In this document: piece by piece, positions 53,941 to 64,000 of the stretch | Layout of the letters: each line of letters begins with the position of its first letter | Position numbering within the stretch: the stretch's first letter is position 1 | Program-made: the position numbers and the translations under genes | Source of the DNA: Callorhinchus milii | Taxonomy: Eukaryota | DNA: 64,000 nucleotides | Direction: 5' to 3' | NCBI RefSeq assembly: GCF_018977255.1 | Contig: NW_024704743.1 | Coordinates: 101,248,001 to 101,312,000 of the forward strand | Notes under the pieces: generated by a model | What the model was told of the DNA's origin: nothing | Databases searched by the model: none | What the model saw: only the letters and a program-made list of their open reading frames with translations

Positions 53941-56900
53941 AAAAGCATTTTGAGACATTCTCCCAATATAAAAGGTGCTGTGTAAATGTAAATTGTTGCT
54001 GTGATACTGCTGGAGTTTAACCAGCTAAAACTTTAGAATGCAAACAATGTCTGACAAGATTTGTGATGCTTTTCTAGTTAAGACCACCCTATCTGTTCGG
54101 GCTTTGGTGTACAAGATTAACAAGAGCCAGTGGTAAGAATAGCAGCCCTAGTGAGTAGTTCTGCTGATGAACCAGGTTGCCTGGTAGGTAGACTGTCATC
54201 AACAGTACCTTGGAGTATTGCAGAGCAGCCTGGCTCAGGAACCACATAGGATAAACTCTTATTTTGATATTTTCATAAAAGGGATATCATCCTGGCACCA
54301 GCTCAGCCCCATGGAAACCGTTTAGCTAGGGTTAAGCAATAGTAATCCAGTATGCAATGTTGGAAAGTGAGTGGTTTACCGTGTCTTGTGGTTTATTTTA
54401 TTTCTGTTAAGTTTTTTTTTCAAAGAATCTGTGTTTCCCATAGTTTAATGTATAGGCATTCAAAATCTATTAAAAACAACCTGGTTGATGAATAGCTTGG
54501 TATCTATCGGTCGCAGTGCCTTCAGTCATTACACCTCTAAAACTATGGGATTCACTTCCTCAATCCCTCCGCCTTGCCTGCTCCTTCCCAGTACCATGTT
54601 GAGCGCTCTGAAACACTACCCAGCGTAAAGGCCCTATATAAATGCAAGTTGTTGTTGTATAAGGCATAAAGATATTTTCAATAGAGTTTGTGCCATGTTT
54701 TGGTCACTGGTACATACGGATTAATGGAACCAAACTTGCCTCTTGACTACTGGCCAGACACTGGCACTGGTAATAGCCAGGAGGAAATTAAAAGCCATGA
54801 GCATCTTAACTAAAGAAGACAATGTAGAGCAAGAGACAGCAATAAGAGGGTTAAAAATAGAAGAAATGTAAATAATGAAAACCTGTCCACTTGCAGAAAT
54901 TCTGTTTTGCAATAGTTTTGAAATATGCAGTATTTGGGGAAGTCTTAAACAGACTCCAACTCATCTCTATTGGACTCTTGCTAACCCTTCCACAGAGTGG
55001 TACTGGGTGTGTGGAGGAGTCGTCAGCTTTATATCCATCATGGTCTTGCTGCCATGAATGTGGAATTTAATTCCGGTAACTGGGAAGGTATTTTGTGCAA
55101 ATATATTGGAAAGTTTACAAAAGTGAATAGTTTGGAAATGATGTGCAGAAGAAAGTGGTGAGTCACATAGAAGCCCAAAAAGCCAAAGCCATCCCTTCGG
55201 GACTACGTTACATTTTCTGTGCACTGACTAAGAAGTTTACATCGATCTACTTCACATGCATGCTGTTGACTGACAATGTTTGAAGGTTCAGTTTGCTCTG
55301 GCTACATCCAAACAAAGACCAATTTGCTCATCTCTATGGACACATTTGGACATTAAACTAGAAGTGAAACAATTAATCTAACCTCCCAACATTCACAAGT
55401 ACTCTTTAAAAATAACTAAATTTGTGCATCTGTGATGTTGGATAAATTAGTTCCTATTCAGTGTCAGCTGTGACAGTGCTTATGTACCACAGGCCTATAG
55501 CTACAATAACCTGAATGTACATAATAACTAGCTGTACCCGTTGCAACTACAGTTGCAACCAAAGGATCCAATATGGAATGTAGATTGACGCACAGACGGA
55601 CATTTCATCTTTATACTCATCTGGAGTACTCCTTTGGGAGGACTTTGTTCTTGAGTTTCATTTAATGGGCCTTCTCTCTTTCGTCTAGCATTTTTACTGA
55701 TTTTCGATTAAGCATCTTTATAATGATAAATACAAATGTATAATTTATAATCACTGGGATGTTCTCCCGACGTGAAAAAACCTTTAAAAATGTAATTTGT
55801 TGTTGTTGTTGCCGCATCTTAGCTTCGTCTGTGTTCTTTACTTTGTTCCCACCATTAGGCTGTGTGCGTGCTCTGTGACACGGGATGCCGTGGTCAACCG
55901 GTGCAGCCACCAGGTGTAACTGCAGTGCAAGCGTACATACATAGGTGCTCTGTGACACACGATGCCACAGCACCACTCTGACTCAGCGGCCACCAGGTGT
56001 AACTGAAATAACGCATAAACTATAGGAGGTACCCAAAAACAAATATGCCCATGTCACTCCAAGATGCAAGACCTTTCTGATGAGGTATAAATCATGTCTC
56101 TATGTCAATCGGTTATTGAGATCCTTCTTGAAATGCAGACAGTCGTTGTTGTTATATTAATGTAGAAGATAGAGGAAGATAGATAATCTCTGTATTTGGT
56201 ATAATGCCTTATCATTATAGGAAGGATATCTCAAAGCACTTCATAAGATTTTACTGTGAAATGGAGTGGTTGTGCTTTTGTAGGCGAAAATCAGTCATGT
56301 CTCGGAGTGCTTCATAGGGCAGTGTTAGTCGTCAAGCAAAGGAGGTGAGGGACATCGGCACTGCTGAAGAGAAAGATTTATAGATGGGATTTAAAGACAA
56401 AGTGGGTGAAATGCTGGGGTAGAGGGAGGAAAATCCAAATGTTGGGGGTGTAGTTGCTGAAAGCTCAGTTGTTGATAATGGGGCAGAAGATGTGTAACCA
56501 AGGGGATTACAAAGTGAATACTATGGTTGAATCCTTTAGTTTTATGTTCTGAGTGTACAAAATATTTGGGTTGTATCCCTTAAACATTTTGTTAATGGAA
56601 AAGTACAAGAGCTGGCAGTTGGATAATTGGATACACCCCTTGGATTGAATAGCCAAGTCAACAGACAGATTGATCAGTGCAAAGAACAAGTTATTCAACT
56701 TGATTGTGTTCAAAAATGTTTCCCTCCAACCAGTAGGGTGAACTTCGAGCCCAGAGCAATCTTTCAGAAGAATATGTGCTTAAAAGTTCATAAATATGCC
56801 ACTGAGGTTCACTGCATCCTACAATTGTAAAGGCTTGATATGGATACGTTATGAAGATATAAAACACTCTGTCATGTCTCACAGAAACCGAGTGGCCAGT

Positions 56901-59254
56901 TGGTAGGATTAACTCAACAAAGATTCATTCTCAATCACTTCAACTGCTTACTTGAACACATTTCACACTACCAAGACAGCTTGGTTCCAGATTGTTCGTT
57001 TTTGATTTATTTACACTTCTTATTACACAAAGCCAGACAAGATTTGGAAAATGAGTGTCTACAGTTGGTTCCAAAAAATGGTTAAGTTGTCACTCCAACA
57101 TCCACGTTTTAGATTGTCTACAATTTTACGAACTTGACCTTTAAAAGGATAGAATCAGAATAATGTACAGCAAATAAGAGGGTGAATTAGCTTGTCATGT
57201 TCATAATTAATAATAATGCTTGCATTTGATATAGCACATTGTCGAGGCTTTTCAAAGCACTCTTTGAAAGATCAGTACATCCAGCCCCTTTACCTGCCTT
57301 TTCCCCATACCTTTGCAAATTATTCCTTTTTTTAAGATATCTATTTAGTTCTCTTTTGAAGGCTAATATGGCTCTAGCCTTGACCACTGCATCTGACAGA
57401 TAATTTATTCCATATCTTAACAACTCTGGTGTGTCATTATTGTGTGCAAAATTGGCTGCTGTGGTTGCCTACAAAATACAATCATTGCACTTTACAATCC
57501 TGTGAAGCACTTTGTGATGTCTTCCTGACATGATCAAATGCAACTGCATATTATCAAATCAAATGCAGCTTATTATTAAGATCCAGAGGAAATGTGGGCT
57601 TTAAATTAAATTAAATTACCAAAAACGATAGATAATATAGGTTTAGCAGTTTGCTTGAATCGTATTGGATGTAGAATTAAAACGTGCCTTTCCTCGGAAT
57701 GTCAGATATATGGAGTCAAATCCCAGATACAAATTCTTTGAAAAAAAAATCCTCCTAAACTTCCCCCTCTGCTCTCTTGTTAACTATCTTAAATTGATGC
57801 CTTCTAACTCACTGACTCACCAACCAATGGAAATATTTTTTCACTATGAACTCTTATCAAAACTTCCCAAACTGGTCATTCACTTAATGGCTTTTTTTCC
57901 CCATTTAAATAGAGCTGGATAAATATCTGCCTTGGAAGAGGATTGCAGTTATAGGGATAAGCATCAACAGAATAATAGAATCCTATGTGAAATGTAATGG
58001 TTTGTGTGCTGTTGAAACTGATCTTTATAGCGTGCGTTAGTGGAAAACTACTGATACAATACACTACTCTAGCATACTACACAATATCTGAAATGTCTTG
58101 AAGTACTATCAATCCTACAATGCTTTCATCGTTATTTTCCTGCCAATTCTCTTGAAGGCAATGACTCATTGCAGGAGTATTTTTCCATGGTACCAGCAAC
58201 AAACTTCAAACTCATTTTTAATGTGTGAGCTTCTACAGTGGGTAAACTACCTATGGGCCTGATCATAACTTAATCAAACTCTCTCATTCAAATCATTGGC
58301 ACATGCACATAAGCGTGTGTGCTTTTAGCAAAGGTTAACATGGAGAGGGAACTCTAGCCTATTTAAGTTCCACAGTCTGGGGGATGTTTTCGAGCACTGC
58401 AGCACCTCTCATCTCTCTAAACTGAGATGGGAATCAAGGTTAAAGAGTTTGTATTTGTATCGTGTCTTGTGTCATAACATCTCAAAGCACTTCAGAATAA
58501 TTAGTGGAAAGTGTTAGCTAAAATGTGTTCAAGCCAAAATGCTACAGGCTAATTAATCTGGAGCATTTTGGCTTGAACACAGGGAGCAACTCCATTTACT
58601 CTTTCAATAATTTGATAGAATAATGTCTGTGAATGAACAGACAGGCCTTGCTTTTAACATCTCATTCGAAAGATCGAAATCTGCTCCCCCACAACAGTGC
58701 ACTATCAACTGAAATTGTCAGGAAAGGCAATGTATAGGACTATTTTATTTCATGGGGCTCAGCAACACATAACATGAAGAAAACATCAGCTTTAAATGTT
58801 TAGGTAATCTGTAGCATTATTATTATTGTAGGCTATACCACTGAGAGAAACTCTTCTCTTTCAAAGTGTTTCACAGAATACACTGTAAAATGTAATGTCT
58901 ATATATTTTGTGGGTGAAAACATTTTTTTTGAAGGGATTATTACCCCTGGAAAACATTTTTATAGCACCTATCACATCAGGAGGATGTCCCAAAATGCTT
59001 AACAGAACCGGTTGGGCACACAAGCTAGGGATGGGAGCTAACAAATTTTGCAAATTTGACCTTACTCTAACCTGCATGCACTCACTGTGAATGAGTTTTA
59101 TCAGTTCTTAGTCTGACTGCTAGATGGAGCACTTTGCAGTGGTTGTACTCTCTACCTCTAAAGAGGGGAGAGTGAATGTCTATTAAGTATTCCTTTCCTG
59201 CATCACAAATACAACCTCTCGGCAGTCAATCACAGAATGACAGTACTTACCAAC

Positions 59255-59332
59255 TGTCCAACTGTGCAGCGCCTTGGGACGTCCTCCTGACGTGAAAGGC
59301 GCTTTATAAATGGAATCTTGTTGTTGTTGTTG
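59255..59332 (+). mobile_element. Minimal young L2 insertion (stem-loop plus (TTG)n only)
   Basis: Near identical to 13490-13567. Confidence 0.88.
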
Positions 59333-59475
59333 TAGTACTTGTTGTGAAATATCTACACAGAATAATTTAATGACTTTTTTAAAAAAATGTACAATCTCTT
59401 GAATTGATGTTTCTTTAGTTTCATGTACTTTGCAATGATTATTAATAATAATGCTTGCATTTGATATTGTGCCTT

Positions 59476-59792
59476 TAATAATAATAATAATCCTTGCATT
59501 TGATATAGCGCTTTTCATGTCGGGAGGACGTCCCAAAGCGCTTCACAGAACACACTGTAAAGTGAATTGACTGTATATTTGTTGGTGAACGCGGCAGCCA
59601 ATTGCGCACAGCAATGTCCCACAAACAGTCGTGGATTGAAAATGACCAATTTATTATTGTTTTTGGTTTTGGAGGGATTATTATTAGGCGTGTGGAGTAA
59701 GGAAACTTGCCCAAGGTTTCGCCCTGCCGTGAATTGAACTCAGGTCTCTCGCTTGCAAAGCGAGTGCTCTAACCTCTGAGCTACAGGACTCC
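59476..59792 (-). mobile_element. Full-length young short-form SINE
   Basis: Intact head and tail; sits inside an older SINE tail (59441-59475 and 59793-59850). Confidence 0.94.
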
Positions 59793-62700
59793 ACTTAAGG
59801 AGGACTTCTCAAAGTGAATTTAAAGTGCAGCAACTGTATTTTGGATGTGGACATTATAGTGTAGAATGCTGATGTCAGCTGCAAATTATCAAAGGGATGA
59901 AACTAGTGGGGGTATTAATATTTTTACACATTTTGTAACATGCAAAATCTGGTCAATCTCGCATCCTTCACTCCAATATTCAGAGTAGGTATTTCAGCAA
60001 CCCAAATGTGGAGGAACTGAAAGTTGGATGAAAAAATTAATCTTGATTGATCTTACACATCTTTCGCAGCTTGTAAATTGCAAACTTTTTTCAGTGCATA
60101 AAATTACCCTGCAATGAGGGCAAAATATAACTATTATATTCTTGCTCTCAATTATTCAAACTCCATCCCATTAATAATTACAACTCACCTGCAGTTCTCG
60201 GTGAAGACATGATTCGAAAAGAAAAGGAAGTTTCTCATGGTGTCCTAGCCAGCAATCCCCCAGATAAAACTGGCAATTCACTTCATGTGGGACATTGCTC
60301 TGAACAAATTGGCTGCCCGTTTGCCTATAAATGCACATTACTAAATTTTACAGTAAATCCTGTGAAGCCGTTCAAGATATCCTCCTGACGTGAAAAGCAC
60401 TATATCAAATGCAAGAATAGTTATTTTATTAAATACGGGCATTCCAGAAGTTTTCACAACAGTTTTAAGTAATGCAAAGTGTAGTGTCTCGTGCTTAAAA
60501 CTTGCATCATGGTTGCCTTTTGTTGTTCTTTGGTTATCAACAAAGGCTTTCCCAGTGAAGAAAACAGACAGCCACGAAGGACATGTTTTGTGCCTGTTCT
60601 TGTGAATCACTATGCAGTCATCAGCAGATTTGGGGTTTGGAGGACACGACAGCAAGAATTCCTACATCTTGTAAAATTTCAATCACTGAAACTTGGCTGC
60701 TTTTCCTGCTTAACAGAAAACTGCTTTATTTCCAGGATAGATTGAATCATGCATGAATGGAACTACCTAGCAACAATAAAAATTACTAAACCAGTTGAAG
60801 GATTAGATGCCTCACAATGCGAGTGGGTCTAAAAAAATTGCAACAAGTCATTGTGTTTTTTTAAAAAAAGTTATTGACTTTCTCTCTAGATCAATTGCCT
60901 CTCGATCAGAAAATTGTAGGTTCAAGCCCCAAGCTGGGAGTGTGAGATTGCAGTCTAGACTAATACTCCAAACATTAATGGGGCAAAGAATGCCTCATTC
61001 CATCCCTGCTTTACCCCAGCAAGCTGAATGGCCTGTTGAGCTGAATGGCCTGTTTCCATGCTTCATCATTCTATGTAAATATTTCTTTCTAATCTCCCTG
61101 CTTTGTAATGATTTTCAACTACTGTCCTCTTAGTTGAGGAGGATGATGGTAGTTGGAAGGGGAAAGACAAAGCAAGTGGGATAAGGGATGAGCTAGAGTG
61201 TGGAAGAGAAATTGGAGAACCCAGAGATGATCTTGGTGAGAGATGTGACTATGGAGGGACCGAATGTTGGATGAAAGAAATATTAACCTATCATTCTCTT
61301 TCAGATGTCGATTGACGTGCTGTAGACTTCCAGCATTTTATTTCATATCTCTATAATTTGAAGTTCGTCATTTCATTAAGCAGTTGGTATAAACCTGCCA
61401 TAACCTGGACATGTGAATTAAATTTTAATAAAATGTTGATACATCAAATTAAATTTCCTGCTGAAAAATTCCAGCGAAGCATTCGATCACTCCTTTCAAT
61501 TGAAAATAAAGCTGACTTCTCCATAGCACTGTCTGTCTCCAGTGTTGCTTTGAATTTGCAATTTTCTACAGACATTGTTAGATGTTTAGCCAGTTAGACC
61601 AGACATTAAACTGAGGTCCCATCTGCCTATTCAGGTAGACTTAAAGATCCCATGGCATTATTTGAAATGAGAAGCGAGTTTCTCAAGGCATCTTGCCCAA
61701 CAATTTGCCCACAGCAATGTCCCACAAACAACCATGAAACAAATGACCAATTTAATCTTGAATGGAATGTTGGCCAGGATGCCGAAAAGTATGCTTCTCC
61801 CTAGAAGTGACCCCCACCCTCCCTCATCTTAATGAGTACACAAATTCCCTACCCACGTTTAACAGAACGGCATTTATAATGTGTGACTTATGTTCAACGT
61901 GCCATTACACAGGACTACCTGTCTCTACAATCAAAGGATAGGATCCAAAAGACAAGGACAGAATGTGGGGGGATTTTGAGCTCCATCAGGATTGATAGCC
62001 AACTATCACATGTCCTTTTCCTTGGGAACTGCCATAGGAACTAATGGACTGTTGAATAAGTCAGCATTGCCCGCTGTTTAATTAGCTGATGCTTTCCCTT
62101 CTATTGGCAAACTGGTTTTCAGGGAGGGAGTGATACTGCTTTGCACTTTTATACCTGTCAATGTGTTATTATTCCCCATTTGAACATTAATGAGAAGCCT
62201 GCTTGCACACCCCAGTGAATCAATACAAGACGGTCAAAATGCTTCTCACAGTAAGAAACAAAATGGGACCACGTCTCTGCCTGCGAAACTGGGCTCGATC
62301 TCCTGCTGATACCTTTCTGCATTCACAATATTTTCCCAATAAACTTTAAAGGAAGAGTTTTTATTATATAAAGGAAATGGTACCTAACCCTCAAAATTTG
62401 AAAGCAGGTTACACAAAACTAGTTTTAATATATTTTTACTGTATTTCTTCCAAATTGATTTTTTAATCTGAAATAATAAATGAGAGATTGGAACATTGTG
62501 TAATCAATATACAAATAGATATAATACCATTCGAGGAATAAAATACAAATTGGATTAGAGAGGACTAGTCAATTCAATAAGTCCAGACTTAAAGTACAGA
62601 CCCAGCCATATTCTTATCAGTGTTATGTTTTCTTATTTTTAGAAAAGCTGTTTTACTGGTTGGTCCATAGTTTTATACCCATAGCACTCAGGTATTTGCA

Positions 62701-64000
62701 GAACCACTATTGATTTGGGTACAGCCCCATAGCTATAAAATTTGATAAATGCGTTACTTATTAACTTTTCTGGAGGTCATTTGTTTGTTTCTCATAGGTT
62801 ATTTTAGAAGCTCCCACAAATCCTGAAATCAGCATTATTGATTTTTTTTGTTGCTGAAACTCTTAATGATGATGTGTCAGCCTTAAAGTGGCCACTCCAA
62901 GGTCAATAGTTCATTTGTACACTGCATTCTGGGAATGGAAAAGGTTTAAACTCTAGAGTTGAGTTGCGTTGGGGGGGGGGGATATTTTTTCAAAGGGAAA
63001 ACTCATTGATGTTTTGTAAGTTGGATATTGTCTACTGTGGCATTGCTGTCCATTTAGTGTTTCCTTTTTAACCAGTTTTTGCAGTGAAGTCTGCGCGGTT
63101 GGGATTAGTAGCCAGACAGAGCAGGTCCCAGGCCTCTGCCTTGTTGTTCGTGATTTACTGAGTGTAACAATATCACATGAGTCCAGTGGGACAAGCTGAC
63201 AACAGGGCTTGTGCTGCATAGCTACTGATTACAGTAACATTTCCACACCTAGAAAAAACTGTTTTAACTTGCCTGCCTCACCCTTATTAAGAATATCAAC
63301 TGTTCAATTGTACCAGCAAACAAAAATGAAGAGCTTGAAGAACACGTTTGAATAATATAGAAACAAACCTAAATCATAAAATGAAACATTTTTATTAAAA
63401 TGTTATTAAATAGGAAAAAAAACAATAGAAGCTCCAATTGGATTTCAGATATATTATCTCTTTCAATTGTCTACTTCCTGATAAATCTGAGCGGGAGGGC
63501 AGAACATTGTTTTGGCACTTATGCTGCAAATGTTAAACCCTTGTAGGTTTTGTGGTTTTCGATATTTGGTACAAGAATTATCAGTAAAATCTCCACAGAT
63601 GCCTTATATTGGGAAGCAATTGTATCAAATGTCTCCATGGCCCTGAAGACTGTACAAACTGGTTCAAACAGATCATGGATGACTTTTCTTCTGAAGGCAT
63701 TGGTGTAAGTTTATTGTGTGCCTGTTCTCAGCACACGTAAATTGAATCTCTCTGCTCTTCACAAGGATTTCTGATCCAGATTCCATTAGGAATCGTTAGG
63801 AACACAGTGAAGTGAGAGAGCCATGGATCGGGCTTACACTGTCAGTGTTAACTGTTTGATTTAACAATTGCATTTACCCAGCCTCTATCATTCTACACTA
63901 AAGGACAGAGGGAGTTTTTTGTTGCTTTATCTATCATTATGAATAGTTCATTTTGAAGATGTGTGTGAATAACAGGTTTTCTGAACTATAATTGAGCATT

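Overview
Vertebrate genomic DNA. The CR1/L2 LINE and Deu-domain tRNA-SINE content points to a cartilaginous fish, possibly a holocephalan (inference). The window holds the 3' part of MIB1 (Mind bomb 1, Notch-ligand E3 ubiquitin ligase) on the + strand: nine coding exons from 14858 to the TAA at 39121-39123, equivalent to human exons 13-21. They encode the last ankyrin repeats, RING1, RING2, a coiled-coil linker and RING3. All have AG/GT boundaries and compatible phases. Bases 1-14857 are the distal part of the long intron 12, which in other vertebrates hosts antisense miR-1-2/miR-133a-1; no such hairpin was found here. A TE-poor, AT-rich stretch of about 5 kb after the stop is the probable 3'UTR. 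From about 44 kb to 64 kb no gene was recognised. Introns and flanks carry many L2 and CR1 fragments, one 3.4-kb CR1, a tRNA-Ala-headed SINE family, older Deu-SINEs and small DNA-transposon relics. The most interesting observations are a modular SINE sharing a covarying 3' stem-loop with a young L2, a candidate in-frame 15-nt micro-exon, inverted SINE pairs around a symmetric RING2 exon, and two unexplained hairpins. No wholly new system can be proven from sequence alone. Comparisons with human MIB1 and repeat consensus sequences are from memory, and TE boundaries are approximate.
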